From: Styela clava
Taxonomy: Eukaryota
Direction: 5' to 3'
NCBI RefSeq assembly: GCF_964204865.1
Contig: NC_135254.1
Coordinates: forward strand, 11,408,001-11,472,000
DNA: 64,000 bases
Under the pieces are notes generated by a model. It was not told where the DNA came from. It ran no database searches and was given only the letters and a program-made list of their open reading frames with translations. The translations under genes and the position numbers were made by a program. Of the stretch, positions 1-15,210 are shown piece after piece (within the stretch, counting starts at the first letter, position 1; every line of letters starts with the position of its first letter).

Positions 1-3000
1 CATTCCACTAAACAGCTGACATGGTTGCATGCATCGATGAAATCCGAAACATTTCCTTATTTAGTAAACCCGCGCCAATATCGCGTTGGACATTTTCTGG
101 AAAGTACCCGATTGAAGGATAAGATATAATCTGGATATTGCGCAATAAGAATTATGTATAATATTCTGTTATTCAGCGATTGATACATTCGGACTAGTGT
201 GCTTGTTATTGACTGCAATTTACCAAGCAAAATTAATATACTGGTACTCTATAAATTTCTGAAATGACAATGATTACGCAACTATAGTTTCATTGGTAGC
301 CCTTTTCGCTAGTTTATTTGGCTCGATATTTCAAGAAAAAACATAGATTTTTGAATCCGTTCGACTACACTCACTACAGGAATAATTGTTAAAATATGTC
401 CTCAATGTGATAGTTTCAATCACTAAATCATATTACCACCGAAATTAAATACAAACTGATATAATTGCAAATATATATTTTTCTTCTAATAAAGATATAA
501 CTGAATCGTATGGTTATTATAACATAAAGTGTTGAACTAAGCATTCAACTTTTCGTTATGCATTAGTACCCTTGAAGTATCTGTGAACGCCAAAATGCGC
601 TGGCCAGTATAATTAAAGTTTTCTTTTAGAATTAGCGTGGGAAAGTTCTGTTGGCTAGACAACGCCAAGGTTGTGTCATCTGATTGATTAATTCCATACA
701 TGAATGACTCATAAAAACTGCCTTTACTTTTAACGTTAGGTCTTGCAAAACTAGTTCTGGTTGTCATAAGTATATACCAGTTCCATAGGATGATAACATA
801 CTTAAATTTAAACCATCGGTTATAATTTTAAGTTGTTAAAATGTGCCTTTATGACAAGATTCGCCTGTCCCTTTTATTTGAATTAGTCAATGCATAGGTA
901 TGGTCCATTCTTTGATTAGGTATTTTTGAAAGGTATTGGTCACTGATTGGATTTCCTCTATTGTGCTTTTGTTCTTTGCTAACGAGCCGTCATCTAACAA
1001 TTAACCACAAAGGTTTTCCGGGGTCAGCGGTTATCTCCTGTATTGCGAAATGGACTTCGAACGAATGTTCCGATTCTCTCGTTTTCCATTCTCTCTTTTC
1101 TGCTTTCAAATTCTATCTTTTATCGCAATAAATGACGTAGTTGTCTCTCATTTTCCTTGTTCTCTCTTTCATTATCTCGGCTGGAATACTAAATTCAAAA
1201 TTGGGCTGGGATGGCGAAACAACACTTTTTGTACTATTGGTGCAGACCGCCGTCGGGATACGACTTTCTCGGGATTAGGCAATTTTTGTTCAAAAATTAT
1301 ATTGTTGAGCTAATCAACAGGATATAGTCGCAAATCATATGTGAGTCAGATTTTAGATTGAGTCAGGATTTTGGAAAATACCTATGAACTATATTTTTCC
1401 CGACAACCGCTCGACGGGATTTGGTAGTCATGGACGCCGCCTTAGATTTTGACTTATTACTTACCGAAAGGAGTCTGGGTTAAAAACTATTGAGTCGCTA
1501 TAATTCTTTTTGCAACATAGATTAGCGTTTGGGTTACTTCGGATTGTCTGCATTCGGATATACAAAAATACGGACTAGTTTGAAGAGGCAATATCATCTT
1601 TTGTCGAGTATCATCAATGACTTTTGTTCAACTGATATTGATCGCATCGCAGGTCTAGCAGACCAATGAAGTCATTGTGGATGTGAACTATCTCATTCCA
1701 GTAATTTTCGCGCCTCGTTTGGTCGTTGACTTTATGATGACGTGTCGCTCTTGAAATGGGGTGATATGGTGTGATATCTGACTTTGTTTGTATTTCTCAA
1801 GTACTTCAGTGTTTCGAAATTTGACTAATAGACGAAATAACTCATGCATATGATTAGAGATTTCCGAACTTTTCGAATTAATAATGTAAAAATCTTTATG
1901 TGTTTAACATGAAGTATTGACTGTATTAACTTTATTTATGAAGAATATTGATTATCGGGGGATTTATTTACATATTTTTGTGATGCTAAATATGGCATAT
2001 TCGATTTTGCTGCACGATAGATCTGAAATTTTCAATGCTTTTTGGCCCACTACTTAATACATAATTCCAAACTGTTTCGATTTTTGCAAATCGGTGCAAC
2101 TACCTCCAAATCATTCTATTGACTAAAGTTTGTAAAATCACAAAATTATAAAGAAATTTATATTCTGCATATAAAATGTTAAAGTGCGATTTTCTCTTTT
2201 ACAAAGTTTTAGATTCAGAGAAAATATAATTCTTTTCCAGTTAGGTGACATATGATTGAATACAGGCTAAGACTTGGCACGGGTACCGTAGGGCCAGTTT
2301 CAATCCCTCGAGACCAATACACAAAGCTGTATTGTACGCGACGAGACGGACCGCCATTGACTATTTCGCAACATCGGCGGCAGACGGGATAGTTCGTCGC
2401 CACCATCCATCTACGCTCTCGGCCAGTTCTTGGCCGTCGTCAACAGCCAGCGAGCCAGACAAGAGGCATTAATATCGTACGTGACTAGCCTGACATAACA
2501 GACGAAAAACCAAATTTAAATATTCAAGAATATGGCCGCTTTACGCACACAGCGGGAACTTGGTCAACGACGGCGCCGCCGTCGTCGATACCGTGGTATT
2601 CTCTTATTCCGCCCATGACGAAAACCGGTTAGATTTAGCGAGGTGGTTTAGTTTCATGGTGGTTTCGAATTGGGTTATTGTGTATTAGTTTATAACATAA
2701 AAATAGGTACATTGATACTGTAAAATAAATGACTTCATTTCAAAATATTGTACTGCTTATAAATAAAATATATAATTGTGCTCAACCGTTCCAAATTGTG
2801 TTGCATGTTTCAAATATTTTATCTTTTCTGCTTTTGGGCGTGGTACTATACATTCGGTGCTTTAGTTCAACACAAATTGGAAATATACTTTTTCTCGAAG
2901 TTTCTTTATAATAGAAGCATTGAAATATATTTTTGCAATTGAATTGGTTTGCATATAAACTTTATGTGCATTACATTTACGTCTTTTTCGGTTATCCGAG

Positions 3001-6000
3001 AACAGTCTTATTTTTTTGATTATAAGTTCGTGATCTTCAGTCGCGTTGTTTTGATTGTGTCGGTACTCGGTATGCCTTCCCTTTCTTCGTGGTAATTTCT
3101 GTATTGCCATTTGTTGTTATTTGTTATGGATGTGCGTGCTTCGCGGTCTGGCAACGGCCAAAACCGAAAAGTTTGATTCGAGAGTGGAAATCACCTACGC
3201 ATAATAACCCGGATGTCAGCGTGGCCATACTTAGATAACATGATTTTTGTGATGAACTGATATCGCTGTGAAACTGCCGCGGAATAGACTGCTTGAAATT
3301 ATGATTAATTTATATGATATTTTTTGGAAATAATTCTCATGCTCTCAAACATTCATGGAGATGATACTTGAGAACATAAGCAAAAATTTATTTCAAGCGG
3401 GCCAATATTGAAGTTCGAATCATCCCACCAACTAATCATTTCATTGAACGCTGAGGCACAATCGAAAATCCGTCTATGGAAATTTCTGTGGGTCCCCTTT
3501 CCCTTGGTGCCCTAGACACATACTTATTTTGCTTAGGGATTAATCCAGCTCAGTCTAATAGTTACAATGAATTTTATATGCAGGACAGAAATTTTTATTT
3601 GTTTTTTTCTTCAGTATTTTCTTCATATTGCGTAATTCAAATTTTCTCAATCTTTTGTGACCGTGTCATCTTATCTTGGCATTGACTATAGACTGCTGTT
3701 AAAGATTCATGTGAACAAGGCGTGTCCCACGATTTTTAACACTAATGTATTGCCGGCAAGGAGAAAGTAAATACACGAGTTTCTCTTTACGGCGATCCTA
3801 CGTGACTAGAATTCTTTCATTATGGTTGATTTTCGAGAAAACGCGACTCTAACGACTGTGTAAATATCATTTAAATCGTGGTATGTTCAGCGAACGACGG
3901 GGCAGTCGATGTTGAGTGACCAACGAAAGTCGCTTCAAGTGAGATTATCGTAAAAAGAATCATTGTGAAATTGACGTCATCATCCGGGTCGGATGTTCTG
4001 TGAATCACGCAAGACCAAAGAGTAGTGTTATATATTGCTGCGTGTTATAAAATATAGATTATGATTTTAAAATTGTTTATAGAGTATACATTTAAACTAT
4101 TTTGGAAACTGTTTTGCGGATTTCATATTTTATCGTACCGTCATATTCTTTAATGCGTCATATTTCAGTATCTTACTGTGCCTGTACTTCCTAAATTTGT
4201 TCACAAATCAATAATATGTCCGGTTTTACATATGAATAATTCTTATAACATAATAAATGTTATTGGGTAATAAGTTGCTTACTTCAATAATACTGTCATC
4301 GTCTTTGACGTGTTGGTTTTGCCAAGTAAGTGTTGTCATCTTCCCGCGAGCGGTTTCCACTCTTGTCGGTATGGAGACGTTTCAACGATATGGATGTCGC
4401 CCCCTAAGATGCCAGACAGCTACGCCGTCATTTGTTTTTATTACTCAATACAGGGTCGCGGCCATAGGTTGTCTGGTCGTCTATCGGGTATATTAGTCTA
4501 TAGTAGCTCAGATATTAAAATCAATTTTAAAATCAATGATTTTATTTTTCTTTCGAATTTTGCTTTGATCAGTTCGCCGAATGCATGACATTATAGAATT
4601 TCTTTTGTAGGGAGATAAGTGATGTCATTATTTATCCGCGTATCATTTCTATTAGATGTCAGTTTTTTTGATGAAATACTGCTTGAATATTCATCATTAA
4701 AACCTGTTTACTTATATATAGTCATGCTATTTAGCAAATAGGTCATTTCGAATAGCATACACAGTGCACAATTATTTGTTCTCAAATACCAAGTCATGCC
4801 AACATTTTGAGAAATAATCTTTCAATTTCATCATTTGTATTTGAATAGTATTGGCCGAAAGCCGTGTCATGGTTCACAAGTTAATTCGTTTATTCGAATC
4901 ACGTCCATATGATACGTTTTTCAATATCAAAATTTACTTTCAATGACGTCATCGTGATTTGTGGTGAAAGGAACTGCGCATCTCACACGCTAGAAAAAAG
5001 TCGCCCAGCTTAAAGAATTTTTCAATATTGTGAAGACGATGAATCATCAAGCCTGCTTATATAAATCGCGCGTGACCATGTCGTACTTACTATATTTAAA
5101 CGACAGAGGATGGCGGACCTGTGGTGTCGGTCATTTCCAACTTCGACCGTTCAGTAACCACATCACGTTTGAAATAGTTATGATACTCAGATGGAATACC
5201 AGTGAGAGTTTTTGAGAGGACAGGCTCTTTCTAGAAAAGTAGACAATATAGCGCATGATACTTTATTACTACTTAGTACTAGACAGTAAGTGTCACTTTC
5301 GTACACAGCGCTTGCACTCTTTATATTACATTTCAGTTGCGCTTGTATCTATACTGAAGGCTTGTCGATTCAGTGTAAGTTGAATTTGGATTCTCTCCTT
5401 TTTGCCTGCTATTTGTTAGAAGACAATTATAGCTGTTTTCGTTGAATATTTTATGGATTTATTTTGTCGTGTCTGACTTGAACTATATAATCAAGAATTA
5501 TGTATCGACGCCCATCTTTCGAGGTCGATATTTTGTTGTGCTTTAAAAGAATATATCACTCCCTTACCATCTCGCAAACAGTATTTACTGTACTATCGTG
5601 TTAATGTCTCACTACTAATCCTATGTTTCTGCTTATATCAGGACAAGCTAAAAGATGAGACCAAAACCTAACCCAACATGAACATAGTAAAAGAAAATAG
5701 ATTCGAAAATGGGTGATGGGGCAATCACCAAGAAACTATAACAGGATCGTGCCGTATTTACTACCGTGGATTTATGATCTTTCGATGGCCAAACAAAAAG
5801 AATAATTACTAAAATTTATCGAAAGTAGGCGCGGAAATCAATAGCACCTGTAAATTCCTATGTTCTAAAATTAGTATTCAGAATTAATTGAGGTTCTAAT
5901 TAACTAAATTTTCTAAATTCTAAATTTTTTTTTCGATGACTAAAAGGGAATTTAAAAAATGGTTCCATTCCAGGTTTCCCACCATGTTTTGTTTTGATTT

Positions 6001-9000
6001 GAAGTTACTTTGAGAGAGAGAGATATTTCTAAGTGATATATCTAGTCCGAAAACGTCGCGTCAGTCTGCTCGAAGCGCACGTGATGCTTTTATATAGTTA
6101 CACGTTACATAACCTTCTCTTGGTTTGTCTCGAGTTTGAATGAAGCTCCATAGGCGTGCCTCTTCAAGATGACACAGCAACTTTTTGTTTGTTTTTCTGC
6201 TTGTAATAGTCACAATTTCTGAGCATTGGTGGAATATTTCTATCGGAATTAATCCAATTTCGAAAAATTTGTTTTGATATCAGTATTGGCTATGCTGACT
6301 TTATATGACAGCTGACTTTACTGATATTCTCATTACCTTTATACAATATGAAATGTCAAAATAAGTGATGCTTCGTATTAGGAAAGACATTTGACAAACA
6401 ATGGATGACGTCATCTTTCATGTGGTAGTCACGTGGACACAATATGGCGTACTCGACTAGTTCAATATGTTGAAGGTCGATGGCTGACGCTGATTACAAA
6501 AGAGATTTATTTAGTTTCCATTTACCACCGTCCACCACGTCTGAAATAACGTAGTACACGATATACCTGTCTGTTGGGTAATATAATATGACTTTTCATG
6601 ATACATGTGTTCTAGTTAATGCCAAAATACTGTGCATACTTGAATATAGCTTTGTCTCATATTTATACCACAGTCCTGGTTGGACATGTTCAGCTTACTG
6701 TCTTTCTCGACATATTTTAAGAAAAAAAATTCTTTCCCTGGAATTGACGTGTTTGTGGAAGTAGTGACGCTTTCCGTTGAGTAATCACTCGCCATTCGAA
6801 CCCGTTTTTATTTTTACCGCATAAAATTTGCGAAATTTTCTCTGAAGCAAACTCGTTATCGGTGTTTGTTTCCATCCTTCCCTGTTACCACCGACTGTGG
6901 GAGTAAGAATTATAAAGGATGTTGCTCTTCCGTTCATCGTTTAAACCAAATATAAAAAATGGCGTTCAAGCATTCGACCAGTATAATAATCAGAGTCTCG
7001 GCACGGTACCTTTACATGCTATTTTGATGGAGTTTGTGCGGTGCGGTGTTGATTTGAATATTTCCGTGTGGGATATAATTTAATTATCTGCCAAATGGCA
7101 CACCGATGTTTGATATATTAATTATCAATATATTCATTTGCAGTTATATTATTGTAATTAAACGTTAGAGTGCCTCATAGTTTCACTAGCTTTTGGTACC
7201 TTGGATTAGGGGATGAAAAACAGTAAGAATGAGTAATATCGATTATTACAGCCAAAGTATACACCGATCAGAATGAAATAATTGACGTCTATGGATCCGA
7301 TGTTGAAGGAGACTGCAGTGGATATGAAGTAAGATTGTTTTGATATGGTTCTGATGATTGTTTCAGACTGTGATATATTATTTGTTGTCGAGCACTGAAA
7401 GTTTACGAACGGCAAAGTTTATATGCTTAGAGATATTGTTGGCAGGTAATAACCTACCACGTCTATCGTCAATCACCAATTCGTTTTTCTAGGATACCAG
7501 ATGCCAGTTTTTTGTCTGTCGACTCCCACAATAAATAATGTTTCAATATTTGACGGAGGTCGTGAAATTCGTTATTCATTTCTATATCAAAAAGACCACA
7601 AACTTGGTAATCTTGAAAATGAAAATACCCCTGTCTAGTCTAGACTGATTAATGTTCACGAAACGTGATGTATTGTATTTTTCTGAAATGTTTCAAGTCA
7701 TTTCAAATGTCATTCTCGCTTTACTAAAGTATTTTTCGATGATCACCTGTATCAGTGTTGATAACTAATTACGTAATAAAATTTGACACTGATGAATTTG
7801 ATTCTGACGTAAAATATGGGTTCAAATCTTCTAACCCAAAGGGTCATGAACTGTGTAGGCACTGTCGAATCGAAAAGATTGTGGTTCGTTAAAAAAACTA
7901 TCTTTTTACCTAATAGCATTTGCTGTTCGGAGTGAAGAAAGCTATGAAAATCATATCCTTTCGACATCGCTGTTTTCGAGTCATATTGACAACAATCAAC
8001 CTTTGAATCTTGTCTTATGACGTAATGTTATCATCACTCGAACTTTGGAATTTTCAGACAAGAATTCCTCTCTCGATCTCAAGGGTCATCAACCCTATCT
8101 CGTGATCACAGCGTCATCATGGCGCAATCATTTCAGCGAACGCAATCAGATGTTAGATCATGTATGGTGTAATTATAAATCATACCACTTTTCCTAATTT
8201 TACAATGACCCATGTTAAAAAGGCCGCTGACTGAACTAAAAAATTAATCTGACCTTATTTTTAGGTGACGGTAGAAAAATTCATTCTGGTTCCAACTGGT
8301 GATCTCTGGACACGCCGAGATCTGAGCGGTGAATACAGATGACGCATCGTTCTATTATATATTTATGACAGGTAGAATGATATTCTCATTCATTTCTGAC
8401 AGAGCTTAATTTGATCGTTCATTTAATCTGTAAAAACCCGTATAACAGTAACGTTACACTAGAGCATTTCTATAGTGCCATTTGCTTCGGCACCTTGGTC
8501 ACCAATTCTGCTTTTAGCAGCTTAGTCCTGTTCTTCAGATCTCGCAGTGTTGGTGACGGGTGAACAAAGAGAATGGGCAATAACATCGTAAAACTTTTTC
8601 CTGGTATAGTCTTACTGACGTAAATGTGGGCACTCATAATTGAACGTTACACTAGGGAATATATATCACTATATAAACTCATGTGTGGGCTTTTGTGTCA
8701 CGTTACATAAAGTCCAAATATTTTTTTTTGTAACGTTGAAATGTGCCCTATGCCACCGCAAACTATCATCCTTTTGGGGACTGATTACATATTGTATTTA
8801 TTCGTCTATCCATTGACATTCCGCGATTGCGCTTTTACGTCAAGCCTTTATGATTTGGCGCTATCATTGTATAAATAGGTACAATTTCGTTCGTTATTAA
8901 AAGATTGTAGTTGCGTAAGATTTAATGACGTTCTTTCAATGCGTTACCTAACTGAAATAAAGCGCCGTCATTCGTCTCTTTTAAGCATTGACATTGGCAA

Positions 9001-12000
9001 TGGCTGATGAAATAACAGGTGTCTCTCGATGAATGTACTAGCGGAAGTCAACACTAAGTATTACAGCGTCGGAGTATGTTCGGTATTTGGATTTTTGACA
9101 ATGGAGAAAAGTGATAATTAGACTGTGTAGTTTAATTAATAAATTTCGTGACCACATGAATAGATTATAAAAAGAAGCTTTGTCAGTGAGATTTTAAGAC
9201 TATGCTATGTTTCCATTTTTTAATCAAGTAAAACGACTTTGCGGCCTGCCTAGAACACCTTAATCACCAATGTGATTGCTTGACATTATGATTCGACCGC
9301 ATTGGATTAAGGTGACAAGACGGGTTTGCACTATATCATCGTAATAAGGTACAGTATTCCATTTCTTCACGGAACAAGGAACCACTGATAACAAAGTTTG
9401 TTGGATAGGATAGAAGTGTCTATATGCTAGCATTTCAGTATTTTAAAGCTCGCTACTTCAGTACCTTATTTGAAGTGCGGGTGTGAAAATACTGCATACA
9501 GAAGTATTTTACCAGATAATTCCGATTTCGTATACTAGAATCAAACAGAAAAATATATAGAAATCGATTTCCTGATCACAAAACAGTTTTATGTCAATAC
9601 TTCCAATTATTTTTGTCCAATCAAATTTTTGTATATTTTCAGTCCCAAAAAACTAAAAGTTTGATTCCGCTCGAGTAAAGTTATCATATGAAGAGTCAAA
9701 TTTAAAATTCGCATTTTTATTATTCTGCGTTTTGTCAAATCTTCTTATCGCACAACACGGATTATTAGCGGATATATCAGGCTTCGTGGTGCCTATTATA
9801 ATATCAAGCTTCTTAGAATTACATATTTCGAAACTGATAAAAATGCAGATGGTTTCGATACTTCACACTTTATTATTTGTTACGACGAAACACAGGAAGT
9901 ATGTTGGCAGTATTTGAAAAACTGGAGGCAGCTGCGTTTCTTTATTTTGACTCGAGAAAACTAATAAATTTAAAACATGATGGCTGCCTGTCAATTTTTT
10001 TTCTGGCCTCAATTTCAGTGGTTGTGAACTTGTGGTAATTTCTCGTATTTTAATCGCGACACAATTACAACATATATACACTCTTTAGAATTGTGTGGAG
10101 CAGATTCGTTAAGCTATAACATACACGGCCATTTTAAATTGTTAATGGAGTATCATATCACAAGCGTGGGCCACACGTGAAACACAGTGAAGGATTGTTT
10201 TTATGTATGTCGAATTTTACCATACGCTAATCGTTTTCTGAGAAATCCCACAAACCGCACGTTGCATGAGTCTCTAACCATGCGTTCCCATGCATTTTAT
10301 GAATGAAAAATAATCCGCCTGAATTTACTATGATTGATTCCGGAAGGAATTTGTGAATGAAAAATAAACGGTAAATACCACGCTATGATTAATATAACGT
10401 GTATGTAATACACAAGGGGAAGGATATTCTTGCTTGTTAATGCACGCATAACCGTCAGGTCGGACTTCCCATACGCTTATACAACGTCGAATTATGACAA
10501 ATATTATTTTTTATGACGGGGCATTTCCATTCGTAAGAAAACCTAATTAAGGATGTTTTGTAGGATGTAATTTTTACAATTTCGTTTTATTCTGGAAGGA
10601 TATAACCATTATGGTGGAAATGATATCAAATCGTGGAATTCTCTAATGTCAAATTTAGTCTTGTAGATTTCATATCCTGTACCCTGTACCGATTGTGTAT
10701 TCTTGAAATACCCGAGGGTGCAATAAAGAATAAAGAGTTGGCTACGGCATTACTGGAATTGAAACTGGAACTATGATTTAAATACGAAGCCTAAAACTTG
10801 TTTCATTTTTCATAGAACGTTTCGATGAAGGAATTTTCAATTTCCATGATGCTGACGAAGTTTTGGACATCGAATTAGGAGATTAACATTTCAGCAGATG
10901 TAAAAAACAAAGGTGAAATAAAATGAACGCATAATGTTGCCTACAATCCTTATTGCCTCAAAATATCACGTGGTTGACGTCGAATCACGTGATCATGAAA
11001 GAAAAAGGAGGTTTCTGGAATCTATAAACATAGATGAAAGTTTATAAAAGTTGAAAGATAATCTGAACTTGAATTCAAATAGAACTGTCATTTGATGTAA
11101 CATATTTTGTTATGAATTGATTAGTTCTGTAACGACCTTTCAGTAAATTTGCCACTCGCGTGTACGCACATTACTTCAGCTAAAATGCAAATTATTATTG
11201 AATGGACTGGCGGTCGACAATTTTTCATACAATTGATGAATGGTAGTCGTTGGGTTGAGAGTAGTGCAACGTGACACCACAAAACACGGTATTAGGCATC
11301 TTACTCATGCCACGTTTAAAGTGGAAAGTACTATACGAGGTCGAATTAAAACACGTTATGAATATGGAAATTTTTCACAAAAGAAGACAAAGAAGATTAT
11401 GAACACTCGTTATTGAATTTAAAAAAGGTGTATTGCGCTATTATATTACTAATAGCTCCTCGCGAAAACCTGAATATTGTCTTGGGGTCGGACATAAAAG
11501 CATCTACTTTTGACGACTTTATTGCCGTTCGTAATTTGGACGACCTTCAATGATATTTGACTTGAACTGAGTGAAATGTCACGGCACACGTATTCCAACT
11601 TGCCCTAACGTCACGTATTGAAACTGACGTCACGTCACGAGGTATTTTGGTTCGAACAATCCGTGATCTTAATATGAATGCGGTTTCAAGTAATATTACA
11701 TTCAAGTGACGAAACAAGGCAAAATGTCAGTTTCAGCATGTAGTCAGAAATGTGAAAATAAAGATTTTTTTGGAATTGACACATGTTTATTTTAATAAAC
11801 AATTAAACTATGCATCTGAAAATGTTATGCTGGGTGATTTATCTAATGAGCAAAGTTCGAATTTACTTTCTCTACAATTTTTTAGTGTGATATTCAAAAT
11901 TTAAGTTTGATTTGTTCTAAACTTGCCATTTTGGAAATGACATCATCATTTATGCAACTTTCGGCAGTATCATAATTTCAATATAAAATTGGTCATGTTT

Positions 12001-14388
12001 GTTTGGTCTTTCGGCAGATTTCCAGAAATGCAACTATCCGGATATTAGCCTAATTTTTTCTCAAAATAAATTGATAATTTCGATTCATAATGATTGAACT
12101 ATTTTGGATTTCCGTGTGTGTCTGAGAGCTGGAACCTCGAAATAGAGCAAAGCTTTCAAGACAGGTTGTCGCCCATAACTTTCCTCAGAGGTGGGTCTCC
12201 CTCACTTTTGTTAGGTGAGTGTACATGGCTTTCACTTTGCTTAACTCGGCAAATATTATCGAATTTGTACTTGCGACTACCTCGGAAAAAAGTACCTCTA
12301 AATTTGTATTTGTTCGGCGCTATTTAACTGATACAATTCAATCAACGTTTCAATAATCTTATCCTAAATTTACTCTAAAACGAATTTTTTTGCCCGACTC
12401 ACAGATTCAATTTTGATTTGAGAAGTTTACCAAAAAAAGATCAAAAATGTTTGTAATCATTCATTAAATGATGATAAAAACTTTCGAAACATACTTGCCA
12501 AAATGCACGTTTATTGCACGACAAATTCAATTATTAGATTGTAAGGGAGGGCACAGTCAGAATACAGTCTGATACCTCTGATAAGCACTGAAATATTTTT
12601 GAAAGATCATAAGATAACAATGTGTTTCTATTATATTTTTAAACGTCTTCGTCTGGTCTATTTTTTGTATAATATTATCTATACGTCAATCATGGACCAT
12701 CGATAAACCACGTGTTTTAAGCGCCTAGCATTAATACCTCATCCACGATTGTGTATTGCTTTTGTGTCTTTTCTTTTTGTACACTCATGTATGTCCGAAT
12801 AACGTACTTGTCTTTGAATATAATTGTACACACAAACACTGTAATTTTCCACCTGTACCTACCTCAAGTTTATTTTCCTGTGTCATTTTTATATTTCTTT
12901 TCTCCTTTCTCTGATAATAACAATGGTAAGATTACCTATCCCACTGTTTATTGGAAATTTTATTAAAAAAAATTACACGTGAAATTGTGGTGTTTATTTC
13001 GCAATATTTTTAAAAAGTGGGTTCAACTTAGCAATGGGAATGATGGAATAGTCGAATTTCATTAAATACTCAATTAAAAATGATGTATTTTCAAAATTGT
13101 ATTCGCTAAAAATGTATTGTGGCACGGAGTACTTACCCCATCCCAAAATATGATAGCTCTCGACTATGGGATATATTGCGTTGGGCGTAACTATATAACA
13201 AGAAACGTATATCGGGCTTTAGAAACATCTCAATCATAATGTACTTGAATTTCACTTGATCTGTTATGTCCGGAAATATGGGTGTTTATGTATGGTTTTC
13301 TACTGTTGTTGAAAGATGTAATGAAAATTATAAAAAGCATCTGTTTGGAGTGATCTCGTTTTAAAGTTTATTTGATACTCAAGAAAATGGTTCATTAGTT
13401 CAACCAGTCTCCAGTTACATATTAGTTTGAGAGATAAAGTTTTACTCCTTTTTTATCTTTAATCTATCTCAATCCCGCATCAAGAATATTGTCTCATCGA
13501 GTCACGGTTAATCATGAAATAATGTACCGGTAATCAAAATGACTGTTTGTTGTGTATTTGTCCTGTAGTGTGGAGCAAGTTATTTCTTTTTGGTAAATTG
13601 GCGAAAACTTTTTCTCGGGCCTTTAGTTGGTGATGTCTTAAAGACGATTGCAATTTAGATACACTCATTTGATCTATGCCCAAGAAGTCGTTATCGCCGC
13701 GATTTTGATCTAATAAACATATGGGCAATAATTTCGTAAAGGTGGTCTTATCAAAACTTGTTATTTGTAAAAAAAAAGAGTCAAAATGGACACTTTGTTG
13801 ACGGCCAGCGGTTATCTTCGAGTAGGCTATTGCCCGCCTTTTACCCTACCTGGCCGAATGGAAGATAACCAGAATAAAAAAAAGTAAATCAGAAAAGTAG
13901 TGAACATTATTAACATAATCGAAAAGTACCTACTTTTTTTCTTAAAATCATCCGTACCAAAAGTATCAAAACTTTGGATTTGATTTTTTCACTATTTCAA
14001 TCGGGGTGAACGAAATTGATATTTGAAAATTGTTTTTTGAGAATACAAATAAATAATGGAATTATAGTTATTGTCAAAATCCTAATCCGTGATGCAAAAT
14101 CGTGATTTTGAATATTCAACTTTGAAATTTTTTGAATAAAAGAACTGACTGACTATTTTGTCTGACTATTCGAAATATGAACATCCTAACAATACATATT
14201 ACATTTATTCATTGTTGAGCTAAACTAGTAACTTTTTACAGATATTGAACTATATTCTTCATTATCATCGAATGTGAAGTGCATCAGTGGTCCCAGAAGA
14301 GTTTATTCTCCTTATGCAATTGCTAAAGTTTGCAGCCAGATCGGAGAAATGCTGTTTGGGTAAGTCAGGATATACCATACTCTCTCAA

Positions 14389-14584
14389 GGTTCCATTACA
14401 TTTGAACCCACAATTGCACCTGCATACTATTGCACCTATGAAAATTTTATTTTTACGGATATTTGAACCCGTACTAACCCTAACCCATGGATTTTAGCAC
14501 CCTCATATAGATTGAACCCGCGGATATACACATGGGTTCAAATGTATGATTTCAAATGTACCTGGGTTCAAATGTACGGTCACC
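14389..14584. mobile_element. MITE with GG..CC ends, 8-bp TSD and internal CTAACCCTAACCC
   Basis: TIR core TACATTTGAACCCA / TGGGTTCAAATGTA; flanks TCTCTCAA / TCTCTCGA. Confidence 0.75.
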
Positions 14585-15018
14585 TCTCTCGACTACGTTG
14601 AATCAGAAGTTCCAGCAAGCTATAAAACATATAGACAAAACACACAAACGGACATATTTAAACATAAAATGTAATCTTTATTGCCCGTTCCTTCGGATTC
14701 TGGGAGAAGAAAATGGCAGCTAAATAGTTACGCAGATTTTCCCGTTTCCCAAGAAACCAATCGTCACGATCATCACGCTGCAATAAACTGGAAACCAGTT
14801 TAAAGAAAACATTGGGAAAATTTTATCACAATCGACACAGATTCCTTTTCACAAAGTCATGCTCTAAATAAACCCAATCATCAGAAACGATTTTTTCTAA
14901 AAATAGTTTATTTATATCATTTTGCCACTTTTTAGGAAAGTGTATGATTTGACGAAGGATTTACAATTTTCTCATCTTCATGTTTTAACTATATATACTG
15001 AACTATTGGTAATCATGT

Positions 15019-15210
15019 AGTATGTGAACCAAGATGGCGGACACCTGAACGTAATATGTGTACCAGGTTCAGTTACACTACGGGAGTCACTTTGCTTTTC
15101 CCCGAACTAGTAATAGAACTAAAATATGGAAAATTGGAATACAATTATGGCCTAATCCTAACCTGGTAGGCATACTACGTTCCGGTGGTCACCATCTTGC
15201 TTCACATACT
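15019..15210 (+). mobile_element. Related MITE (GAACTAAAATA..GGAA..CCTAATCCTAACCTGGTA core)
   Basis: Inverted ends AGTATGTGAACCAAGATGG / CCATCTTGCTTCACATACT; the core matches the 42709 element. Confidence 0.7.

Noticed and set aside
2240-2600. GC-rich, hairpin-prone segment as a structured ncRNA
   Set aside because: It has a degenerate GGCTAAG..GTTTCAATCCC head, so an old SINE is more likely. I could not match it to any RNA family.
10678-10725. miR-10-like TACCCTGTACCGATTGTG; also miR-126-like (~4132) and miR-7-like (~24700) strings
   Set aside because: Only partial matches with indels, and no adequate ~60-nt precursor hairpin seen.
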